A stretch of DNA of 64,000 nucleotides from Macrostomum lignano. Taxonomy: Eukaryota. Position 1 is the stretch's first letter. Each line of letters begins with the position of its first letter. The stretch is taken from contig NIVC01001387.1 of the NCBI GenBank assembly GCA_002269645.1, positions 66,136 to 130,135 on the forward strand, given 5' to 3'. The position numbers and the translations under genes were made by a program. Under the pieces are notes generated by a model. It worked only from the letters and a program-made list of their open reading frames with translations, did not search any database and was not told where the DNA came from. This document shows positions 47,809-58,600 of the stretch, in pieces.

Positions 47809-49361
47809 TTAATCAACTGACTGCGCTCGTGCAACCGAGACGCTGCATCGGCGAGAATTTGAAACTCTCCCGGCACATGAAAGGCTCGCACACTCAGACC
47901 ATGCCGTAAAGACATCAACGCAATCGTTTGCAGTAGCCTCTGCACGACAGGACACCTCGAAGTGCCATTATTGATAATATGACAGGCCGCCATGTTGTCA
48001 CAATAAACGCTAACGTTACAGCCTTTCAGCTCTTCCCTCCAGCGCAGGATTGACAGCAAAGGAGCCACCGCCTCTTTGTAGTTGATTGGCAGATCAGCGA
48101 ACACTCCGGCCCCATCCTGGCTCCAATTGATGTAGCACCAGTCCCAACTGCCATCTGACCTTCGAAGCACCGCTGCCCCGCCTCTGCCACATGCATCGGA
48201 CTCGATGGCCACATGGTTCTTGAAAACAGGCCAGAGCTCCACCCACCGGGCCGACTCCAGCGCTACAATCCACCAGCAGAATTGGTCACAGAGCTGTAAG
48301 CTGACTTTAATTCTCTCGTCAGGCCGCATAGCGTTGCACACTTCGATCAGATCACGCAGAAAAGTTTTTCCTTTGCGAATCACCTGTGCTGCCCAGCCAA
48401 GCTTGCCGATCAAGCGTTGCAAAGCCCGCTTGCTGATCCTGGTTTTGCTCCTTTCAGTTGCTAACAACTCAGCGAGGTTCCTCGCCTTCTCCTCGGGCAA
48501 CCTCTTGATGCCGGCCACTGTATCGAACTCGACACCAAGGAAGGTCATGCGCTGAGTTGGTGTCTGACACTTTGCCCAGTTTACAGTGAAGCCCAGCCGC
48601 GTCAACAGGCCTGTCAGCTCGTCGTAAAACCGCTGGCATTCGTCACGCGAGCCCGCGAAGGCGAAATCGTCCAGGTAGGACTCGGTGCCCACAAAGCCTC
48701 TGCGCACCATCATTAAACGCACAGCATTGCTAAGATGGTGAAAACAGGTAACAGAAGCTGCAGCGCCAAACGGCAAACGGGTGTCATACATGTAGGTGGC
48801 TGCCTTGGACTCGCCGAAGCGGAACTTGATCCCTGTCCGGCTGAAATCATCGGGGTGAACACCACAGGCGCGGTACGCTTCGCTGAGATCCACCTTAGTC
48901 ATAAAGCAGCCTCTAGAAAGCTTCCTCGCAAAGTTGTCGGCACACGTGAAGCGCAGCCTCTCCTGGCTGACCCATCTGGAGTTCACAGAGTTATTCACGG
49001 GCCGACTGCAGTCGTGAATCAGGCGCACACGGCCACCAACCTTGGGCAAGGCTCCGAGAGCACTGACCACTTGCGGACGCCAGCCGGTCGGGCACTCGCG
49101 ATACCTGCCACACCCGAGCTCCTTCTTAATCTGCTTTTCCACAGCCTCGAAATGCACATTGACAGAATGGTAGTTGTTAACATCAATTGACTTGCAGTCA
49201 GAAACAGTTTTGTTAGTTATACGAAAACCATATGCAACACCATCGAGAATAAACTTCTTCCGATCCATAGGCAAATCAATACACAACAGCTCCTTCTCCC
49301 ACTCCACGAACCTCAAATCTGTAGATAAAACGGGGACGTTAAAATCACTACGGGCACTTAG
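47658..49361 (-). CDS. Ngaro ORF2 reverse transcriptase-RNase H
   Basis: KVGGRVRLIHDCS, KVDLSEAYR, RLPFG, YLDDF, FLG, then RNase H ESDA...E...CDNMAA...ADAASRL. The frame is open from 49361, directly after the gag stop and in frame with it. Confidence 0.95.
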   Translation of the reverse strand, partial: LSARSDFNVPVLSTDLRFVEWEKELLCIDLPMDRKKFILDGVAYGFRITNKTVSDCKSIDVNNYHSVNVHFEAVEKQIKKELGCGRYRECPTGWRPQVVSALGALPKVGGRVRLIHDCSRPVNNSVNSRWVSQERLRFTCADNFARKLSRGCFMTKVDLSEAYRACGVHPDDFSRTGIKFRFGESKAATYMYDTRLPFGAAASVTCFHHLSNAVRLMMVRRGFVGTESYLDDFAFAGSRDECQRFYDELTGLLTRLGFTVNWAKCQTPTQRMTFLGVEFDTVAGIKRLPEEKARNLAELLATERSKTRISKRALQRLIGKLGWAAQVIRKGKTFLRDLIEVCNAMRPDERIKVSLQLCDQFCWWIVALESARWVELWPVFKNHVAIESDACGRGGAAVLRRSDGSWDWCYINWSQDGAGVFADLPINYKEAVAPLLSILRWREELKGCNVSVYCDNMAACHIINNGTSRCPVVQRLLQTIALMSLRHGLSVRAFHVPGEFQILADAASRLHERSQLINFLFRCYGNLCPFALQSMHRHAFCPASAHFLHFQAVQLRQTLSAAGPRRC

Positions 49362-50402
49362 TCAGTGCGAGGGCCTGGCCGTCTCGATACCCACGCCATC
49401 CCGGTGGGCAGCCGCTTCTGAGTGGCCTAGACCGCACCTCCGGCATTGATGAGCAAACTTGCAGTTTCTTCTGCTGCAACCGGCTTCCTTATTGAAGTCA
49501 AAGCACACAGGCTGCTGGCTCCGCTTCGACAGTCTCTCTGAGGCAGTCGGACCCCTCTGTGGTGCCATCAGGTAGGCGGCCACCAGACCCATGTCGGAGG
49601 CTCTGGCTTCCCAAGAGGTAGTAGCTGTCTGGCTTATTCTGCACTCATCGTCGAATCTCATGACGCGGGTCTTCTCGAAACCAAGGTCAAAAAGCTCTCC
49701 TATCCGAATATTAAAGCGCAGGTAGTCTCGGAGCTCAGAAACATCAGGACATTCTCCTTCACCGCTCTTAACTAGAGCTCCATCATCCAGCATCTTCAGC
49801 ATTATGCGCGCATTGCCAGCAATCCAGTCGCCAAAGGTCAGAGATTCTAACGCTGCCTCCTTCACTTTGTAGACAACTTTACCTGTCCGATCAACAGACT
49901 GGATGATACCCGCTTCCTGCTGCTTGCGTTTACAGATGAATTCGGGGATGCGGTAGGTACCATGCGGGATCGCTGGTCTAGCTGACTCACTCCCTGATAT
50001 CACGTGACCAAACAACTCACCATGGTTAGTTGAGGGAGCCCGGTGCCGCTGCAATAGGTTAACCTCGGCCTGCAGCTCGGCTTCTTCCTTGCGCAGTTTC
50101 AGCAGCCGTATACGCTGCTCGACTTCCCGCACCTCGTCGTCCAGGCCGCCAGCCGCTCCAGACTCTGACGCCGCCGTCGCAGCTTCGCCGTCCGCCGCAG
50201 CCGCCAGCAAATCTTGAATGTTCTTCGAGCGAGTCGTCTCCGGGGTCAGTGAAGGTCTGCGATCATCGCCGTCCTGCAGTTCTGTAACGCTGTCGATGTG
50301 TGCAGACAGCCTCTCCAATAGCTCCATTTTGTTTCCGTGGGTTGGCAGGCCTAGGCATTGCAACCTCTCGCGCAGTGACTTGACAGTGTCAGTGCTAGCC
50401 AT
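49362..50402 (-). CDS. Ngaro ORF1 Gag-like protein (N-terminal SAP motif, coiled coil, C-terminal Cys/His zinc-binding cluster)
   Basis: TVKSLRERLQCLGLPTHGNKMELLERL (SAP-like); CFDFNKEAGCSRRNCKFAHQCRRCGLGH. ATG at 50402, TGA at 49364-49362. Confidence 0.88.
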   Translation of the reverse strand: MASTDTVKSLRERLQCLGLPTHGNKMELLERLSAHIDSVTELQDGDDRRPSLTPETTRSKNIQDLLAAAADGEAATAASESGAAGGLDDEVREVEQRIRLLKLRKEEAELQAEVNLLQRHRAPSTNHGELFGHVISGSESARPAIPHGTYRIPEFICKRKQQEAGIIQSVDRTGKVVYKVKEAALESLTFGDWIAGNARIMLKMLDDGALVKSGEGECPDVSELRDYLRFNIRIGELFDLGFEKTRVMRFDDECRISQTATTSWEARASDMGLVAAYLMAPQRGPTASERLSKRSQQPVCFDFNKEAGCSRRNCKFAHQCRRCGLGHSEAAAHRDGVGIETARPSH

Positions 50403-50648
50403 GATTCAGCGATTGGCATTAGAGTTCAGTGCAAAAAGAACTGCGCGAAAACACTGCCAACGCAGCAGCGCGGCTGGAGTAAAATACCCCCCCACCGGCG
50501 GAGGGGTGGGCGCCCACCTAAACAACACAGAACGTACACACGCGGCGGGGGGGGCGCACCACAGACGCAGCGCACTTGGGCACTAAAGCCGGTTTGCTCA
50601 AGGCAAGCCTAGCGCAAACCGCAGCCTTTGTACTATTTTCATATAATG

Positions 50649-51986
50649 TTAACATATATTAAAACGAACCGCTCCAGGCGTAGCCAAAACGTCGGTAGTT
50701 GCAGTTGTTGTTGACACAGTTGTCATGGCAACAGATGTTGAAGTTGAGTTTAATGAAGATTGCTTCTGCTGCTGCTGTTGAGACTGGGCCCCGGCGCCGT
50801 AGAATCTGGGCGATAGCAGGGCGTGGTGAATCTGGTCGCAGACGCGTTTAAAACGTCGCACTGGGCCTGTGTGTGGATTAAATTTAAGTTACATTTTCTT
50901 GAGACTTTACTAACAGTAGAAATAGCAGTGAATAAAGTGAAATCACGGCCAAGGACTCACCTGAGATCAGCTGGAAATTGACAGCAAACAGCAGTCTGTC
51001 CGGGTCAGGCCGGTGAATTTCTACCTGGAATTTCACCGGTCGATTGCTGAGCGAAGCGGCCGCGGCCGCGGCAGCCGCTGGTCGGCGCAGTTCGGCTCGA
51101 AAGGACATCGGCGACAGGACCGTGTGAATCAGGTCGGGCGTCTGCAGTAGGGCGTGAACTAGGTCGGCTTTCACTCGATTGAGGGGCCGGTCACGGATCA
51201 GCACCACGTGACTGCCAGAGGAGGCGTCGGCTGCTGCGGCAGCGGCGGCCACGGCGGCTGCGGCACCGGAGGCGGCGGAGTTGACGCTTGACGCAGCCAC
51301 AGCGGTGGTGGCCGGCGGTGCCGCTACTGACTGATGCTGATGCTGATGCTGCTGATGCTGCTGCTGCTGTGGTGGTGGAAATTAGGGCATTTTCTCTAAA
51401 TGAATCGATGTACTTTTTATGGATTTGGACTGGGATAACATTGGATAAAGGATGAATTTAATTATTAAAAATACAGTTGATTTAAGGGTTGATTTAGGGG
51501 CGGATAGGGGCAGAAAGAGGGTAAGTTGGGGGCGAATAAATAGGTAGGATGGGGGCGGATAAGGGGTAGGTTGGGGGCGGATAAGGTGGTAGGTTGGGGG
51601 AGGGATAAAGGGGTAGGTTAGGGCGGATAAAGGAGTAGGTTGCGAGGCGGATAGGGGGTAAATTGGGGGCGGATAAGGGGTACGTTGGGGCGGATGAGAT
51701 GTAGGTCTGGGGCGGATAAGGGGTAGGTTGGGGGCGGATAAGGGGTAGGGGCGGATTGGGTGTGCGCGAATAAGGTTTAGCTCAGGTTGGAAATGAAGAG
51801 AAGCTCACTGAGCTCCTCTGATGCTGCTGCTGGTGACCATGGCCGTCGTAATGATGATGATGGTGGTGACCTCCGCCACCAGGCAGGAAAGCGGTGAACC
51901 AAGATCGGCGAGACAATTCCGGACTGGCTTCCGGCGTTGTACCGGAAGCGAGCGCAATGGACTGTTGGTGTTGATGATGCTGGTGA

Positions 51987-52027
<41 letters not shown>

Positions 52028-54467
52028 CTGCTGCTGTTGCTGCTGCTGTTTGCTACGCCGATGAAATCGTGGCGTACCCAAAGTAGTGGCCAAGGAGGTC
52101 TTCAACGAGTTCAATCTGGACCGCCAGCCCGGCTGCTCCGGCGACGCGGCCGTCAAAGAGCCGCCGGAAGCTCCACCAGCGGCTGCCGCAGCGGCGGCGG
52201 CGCCTCGCCCGGACAGCAGCGGCGTCGTTGGCGGCGTCGGCGGAGGTCGCCTCGAAGCTGCCGGACTTGCAACCGCCGCGGCGATTGCCGCATTTCCGGC
52301 TGAGGACTTCCGGTAGGACTGGACGGTGAGGGCCCGCCTGCCGGCCACCGGGGAGCCCTCGCTCAGGCGGTAGCCCAGCTGTGGCGAGCCGCACAGGCTG
52401 TTGGCGTGGAGTCGCAGCGAGTCCGTCCGCTTCCTGGGCGGATCCGGGGTGCTGTTCCGGCTGCGGATCTCTTCCGGGTCATCCAGGCAGGGATTGCGGA
52501 GCTTCCGGTCCATCAGCAGGAAGTAGATAACCTGCGGTGGGGAAATGACTGCTATGACCGAGGATAAACTGGCATGACCAGCTCCTATGACTGAGAATAA
52601 ACTGGTATGATCACTGACAAGCTATGACTATGACCGAGGATAAACGGATATGACCAGCAGCTATGACCGAGACTAAACGGATATGACCAGCATCTATGAC
52701 CGAGACTAAATGGATATGACCAGCAGCTATGACCGAGACTAAACGGATATGACCAGCATCTATGACCGAGACTAAATGGATATGACCAGCAGCTATGACC
52801 GAGACTAAATGGATATGACCAGCAGCTATGACCGAGACTAAACGAATATGACCAGCAGCTATGACCGAGACTAAACGGATATGACCAGCAGCTATGACTG
52901 AGACTAAACAGATATGACCAGCAGCTATGACCGAGACTAAACTGATATGACCAGCAGCTATGACCGAGACTAAACGAATATGACCAGCAGCAGCTATGAC
53001 CGAGACTAAACGGATATGACCAGCAGCAGCTATGACCGAGACTAAACGGATATGACCAGCAGCAGCTATGACCGAGACTAAACGGATATGACCAGCAGCA
53101 GCTATGACCGAGACTAAACGGATATGACCAGCAGCAGCTATGACTGAGACTAAACGGATATGACCAGCAGCAGCTATGACCGAGACTAAACGGATATGAC
53201 CAGCAGCAGCTATGACCGAGACTAAACGGATACAACACGCCAGAGAAATGAACATCAATGCCTATACCTTCTCCGTATTGTGCTGCGGCGAGAGCAGCTC
53301 CTTAGTCAGTTTATCCCGATCCTGAAAGCACTGCAGCGATGTCATCGTGTTGAAAATGTCGGGGTCAATGTCCTCCTTGGATTGAATAACACTTGTAGCC
53401 ACGGCGCTAATCATGTGCGCCTCGGTGTCCAATTGAACTTCGCTGTCGCTGCGTTTTTGGATGCAAAAATAATTATTACACTGATAATTACCATTATGCA
53501 CTACTTGTAAAAGTAATAATTTCAGGTTAGGGTTTTTTATTTAGTATTTACTTACGCGGCAACCCAAGGATGCTTGAGAACGCCGTCAGCGAAGTTCAAC
53601 TGAAAATTTAACAAATATGAGGTGATCTTATATGAGGCTATTTTTAGGCCATTCTCAACTGAGATTTAGAAGCAATAAAACTTACACTAATCCTTCGTAT
53701 CGGATCAACCTCAATCATAGCCCTGAGCAGCTGCTGAGCTTCGGCGGGCACAAAGTGTGGAATGTGGAACACGCCTTTTTTCACCTTCTCCAGCAGGTTG
53801 CGCAAATTGTCGTCATCGAATGGCAGGGCGCCCTGGTTTTGTTTTTTTTACGCGAGGCTTAAGTTTTTTGACTGCATGGCCTTGTAATTAGACTAGGGAG
53901 GGCCTGGCTGATTTCAAAAACCCCAATTAGGCTGGGGAAGGGGTTGGCTGATTGCACAAACCCCAAATAGACTGCGGGAGGGGTTGGCTGATTGCACAAA
54001 CCCCAAATAGACTGCGGGAGGAGTTGGCTGATTGCACAAACCCCAAATAGACTGCGGGAGGGGTTGGCTGATTGCACAAACCCCAATTAGACTGCGGGAG
54101 GGGTTGGCTGATTGCACAAACCCCAAATAGACTGCGGGAGGAGTTGGCTGATTGCACAAACCCCAAATAGACTGCGGGAGGGGTTGGCTGATTGCACAAA
54201 CCCCAATTAGACTGCGGGAGGGGTTGGCTGATTGCACAAACCCCAAATAGACTGCGGGAAGGGTTGGCTGATTGCACAAACCCCAAGTAGACTGGGGGAG
54301 GGGTTGACCAATTCTAATTGCACCCTTGCATGTATTCTGATAAACTTGAAAATAGATATGCGTATTCCAAAGCCATAAAAGTTCAACCAAATGCTCACCA
54401 CTAGCAAAGCGTAGAGTATGACTCCGGTACTCCAAATGTCAGCCTTTCTGCCATCGTACTTCTCACC
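50649..54467 (-). CDS. BRSK: BR serine/threonine kinase (BRSK/SAD-1), 3' seven exons; 5' kinase exons not found in the window
   Basis: Exons 54467-54399 ([23 protein letters not shown]), 53832-53686 ([25 protein letters not shown]), 53599-53556, 53448-53268 (UBA-like), 52531-51809 ([17 protein letters not shown]), 51366-50961 (KADLVHALL), 50866-50649 (GPVRRFKRV). All junctions are GT-AG with compatible phases. Confidence 0.92.
51490..51765. repeat. 21-bp G-rich repeat in BRSK intron (GGGGCGGATAAGGGGTAGGTT)
   Basis: About 12 degenerate copies. Confidence 0.9.
52555..53232. repeat. 33/36-bp minisatellite in BRSK intron
   Basis: GACCAGCAGCTATGACCGAGACTAAACGGATAT; units gain an extra CAG from about 52980 onward. 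Confidence 0.96.
53890..54310. repeat. 40-bp minisatellite in BRSK intron
   Basis: GGGTTGGCTGATTGCACAAACCCCAAATAGACTGCGGGAG. Confidence 0.96.
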
Positions 54468-55324
54468 CTGTTTAAAGTTTGACGTGTTCAAGCTACTATA
54501 AGTAGGGTAGCAAATTCGACACTAGTAAAAAAATCTATGAAAAATATCGAAGTTACAACGTTAAATGATTAAAATATAATTCGCAATAGAATGAAAAGAG
54601 GATTAAAAATGAACAACGATTGACAAAAGAAGATAAATGCTAAGCTCTCTTAGAAATTTATATATCGCCAGCGGAAGAGATAAACACGCAGTTGCACGGG
54701 TCAGTGGACCAAATTTATATGAATAATTCTCACGCACTCGCGAGCACAAACACACACGCGGGGAGGGGGGGGCACGATTGTTTTGGGATAAATGCAGAAA
54801 AATGATAAGAATAAAGAAATACTCCCATAGTCGAGCTGCCGCCCACACAAGCTGAGCAGATCCTCAGGATATACGCCGAATACTGCAGGGTCTTTCCTTG
54901 TACAAGATTTCCACTCGTCTGCTTTTCAATCTCTCTATTTCTCTTGCCCCAACTGTATCCTAGCTACTCCTATATTTATTGGCACCGGCAAGACTCGGGA
55001 GCAGAAATGAGATTAGAAAGTGCAGAACGCGGCTCTATTGATCTGGAAAGCCTGAGCCTACGCATGTAATATGCATGCTATAATCCTAATCATGTGTGTG
55101 TCCTCTGTGCTGAAATAATTTAATCAGCACAGAATTTAGCGTGAATAAAGACAACCAAATTTGTAAGTCGCGTATTTGGGCGTAAATAATGCAAAACTCT
55201 TATAATTATTACAATAATATCTTCATTTGTTTAATCACGTAGGATTGTAGCCAGGTTTCAATGTTAACACGACCGGGTAGGATGTGAGGTGACTCTCTAA
55301 TAGAGTAAAGAGGGGGTTGGCGAA

Positions 55325-56285
55325 TTGAACACCAGTTAGACTGGGGGAGGGGTTGGCTGATTGCACAAACCCTAATTAGGCTGGGGGAGGGTTTGGCAGA
55401 TTGCACAAACGCCAATTAGACTGGCGAAGGAGTTGGCTGATTGCACAAACACTAATTAGGCTGGGGAAGGGGTTGGCAGACTGCACAAACCCCAATTAGG
55501 CTGAGGGAGGGGTTGGCTGATAGCACAAACGCCAATTAGGCTGATGGAGGTGTTGGCTGATTGCACAAACGCCAATTAGACTGAGGGAGGGGTTGGCTGA
55601 TTGCACAAACGCCAATTAGACTGGGGAAGGAGTTGGCAGATTGCACAAACACTAATTAGGCTGGGGAAGGGGTTGGCAGACTGCACAAACCCCAATTAGG
55701 GTGAGGGAGGGGTTGGCAGATTGCACAAACCCCAATTAGGCTGAGGGAGGGGTTGGCTGATTGCACAAACGCCAATTAGACTGGCGAAGGAGTTGGCAGA
55801 TTGCACAAACACTAATTAGGCTGGGGAAGGGGTTGGCAGACTGCACAAACCCCAATTAGGCTGAGGGAGGGGTTGGCAGATTGCACAAACCCCAATTAGG
55901 CTGAGGGAGGGGTTGGCTGATTGCACAAACGCCAATTAGACTGGGGAAGGAGTTGGCAGATTGCACAAACACTAATTAGGCTGGGGAAGGGGTTGGCAGA
56001 CTGCACAAACCCCAATTAGGCTGAGGGAGGGGTTGGCTGATTGCACAAACCGCAATTAGGCTGAGGGAGGGGTTGGCTGATTGCACAAACACTAATTAGG
56101 CTGGGGAAGGGGTTGGCAGACTGCACAAACCCCAATTAGACTGAGGGAGGGGTTGGCTGATTGCACAAACCCCAATTAGGTTGAGGGAGGGGTTGGCTGA
56201 TTGCACAAACCCCAATTAGGTTGAGGGAGGGGTTGGCTGATTGCACAAACGCCAATTAGACTGGATGTGGAGTTGGCTGACTGCA
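55325..56285. repeat. 40-bp minisatellite, same family as 53890-54310
   Basis: GGGGTTGGC(T/A)GATTGCACAAAC...AATTAG(G/A)CTG, about 23 copies. Confidence 0.96.
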
Positions 56286-56699
56286 AAACTCTCTGAACGG
56301 TTTTGTGCCTTGTTTTTTAAAGTAACGTTATCATCTAACGTCTTAACTGCGCTTCCAAATTCAAGTTTAACACGGAACTCACTGAACCAGCTCGTATATA
56401 AAAATTCAGTACGAAAAAGGCGATTAAAGTGGAATTCTTAAATTCTGACCTAATTGTCTCGGCATTCAATAGTAAGCATAACAATCAAGGCAAGACCCGT
56501 GAACTCTTACTCGTATACCCGATTCTTTCTGCCCCTCCTGCCCAACAATCAAGCAGAACTCGACGCGCCAGTCAAAGTCGTGACGCTGCATACAAACAAG
56601 CTTAAAGAGATGAGGCTTCGTCTCGGCGTTGCAGACTCGAGTCAGATCAATTCACTCAGCTTGATTTGCACTTTAAATTTGTATGCCCCCAGTCGCATG

Positions 56700-57190
56700 G
56701 CTCAGAAACTGATGATCTGGGAGGCTGGCCCAGCAACTGATGATCTGGGAGGCTGGCCTAGCAACTGATGATCTGGGAGGCTGGCCTAGCAACTGATGAT
56801 CTGGGAGGCTGGCCTAGCAACTGATGATCTGGGAGGCTGGCCTAGCAACTGATGATCTGGGAGGCTGGCCTAGCAACTGAGGATCTGGAAGGCTGGCCCA
56901 GCAACTGAGGATCTGGGAGGCTGGCCCAGCAACTGAGGATCTGGAAGGCTGGCTCAGAAACTGATGATCTGGGAGGCTGGCCCAGCAAATGAGGATCTGG
57001 GAGGCTGGCCAAGCAACTGATGATCTGGGAGGCTGGCCTAGCAACTGATGATCTGGGAGGCTGGCCCAGCAACTGAGGATCTGGGAGGCTGGCCCAGCAA
57101 CTGATGATCTGGGAGGCTGGCCTAGCAACTGATGATCTGGAAGGCTGGCCCAGCAACTGAGGATCTGGGAGGTTGGCATAGCAACTGAGG
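56700..57190. repeat. 28-bp minisatellite (AACTGATGATCTGGGAGGCTGGCCTAGC)
   Basis: About 17 copies; reverse complement of the 28-bp unit in UTP15 intron 4. Confidence 0.96.
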
Positions 57191-57639
57191 ACGGCTCTTT
57201 AAAACTGCATAGCTAAAGCTAACTAGGCGCAAGAAACTTTAAAAGTACAAAAAATTATTTTGCACAGCCTGCCAAAGGCCAGCAGAGGCAACGCGCGAAG
57301 CGTGAACCGCCCAGGTGCAAAGGCAGCCAGAGGTGCAGGATGGAGAATAAGTACGTGAACATCGCTTCCATTTATAGCACTGGCCAAAACTGGCTAAAGC
57401 TGAACTGCATGCTTTATAGGTGAAAATAAATCACATAAAGGCTTTCCCAACCGTGTGGAACTGGAGGCAGCAGAGGGCGAACAGGATGAAGCAAGGCGGA
57501 AACTGGCTGACAAAAAGGGCACGGCAACCTAATCCCGCGGGGCAGATTGGTAGAAATATGGGATAATGCCAATGCCTGCGCCACAGCTTAATAAATATAT
57601 ATTCGCCATCAGCATCAGTGCCATTGCCGTTGGTTAATC

Positions 57640-57800
57640 AGCGCGTGAAATACCCAGTGCGGTTGGAGTAGAGCCGAGAGGGTGGATGGCGCTAAGCAAT
57701 TCCTTCTCGTGTCTTTCGGTACAACCTGAGCTGCTGACAGCCACTGCTCAGGTGTTTCTGAGTTATTACTGGAATTCTGTGAAGGTAGGTAGGACAATAT
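57640..57800 (-). pseudogene. Possible hAT C-terminal dimerisation-domain relic
   Basis: [15 protein letters not shown]...[25 protein letters not shown] loosely resembles LS.P.SS..SER.FS.......RN.L.P.TL.ALL; weak. Confidence 0.3.
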
Positions 57801-57804
57801 GGAA

Positions 57805-58600
<796 letters not shown>

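Larger units (their letters stand above)
46270..50628 (-). mobile_element. Full-length Ngaro-type tyrosine-recombinase retrotransposon with split direct repeats (A1-gag-RT/RH-YR-B1-A2-B2)
   Basis: A1 50628-50433 and A2 46581-46385 differ by one substitution and one 1-nt indel. B1 46644-46580 and B2 46334-46270 are identical over 65 bp. No TSD; a shared TT core at all junctions. No methyltransferase domain seen. Confidence 0.95.

Noticed and set aside
46270-50628. Classification as DIRS1-like or LTR element
   Set aside because: Repeats are split direct rather than inverted, there is no internal complementary region, methyltransferase, DDE integrase or TSD.
56700-57190. CTGATGA motifs suggesting hammerhead ribozymes
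   Set aside because: No GAAA core or flanking helices; a simple tandem repeat.
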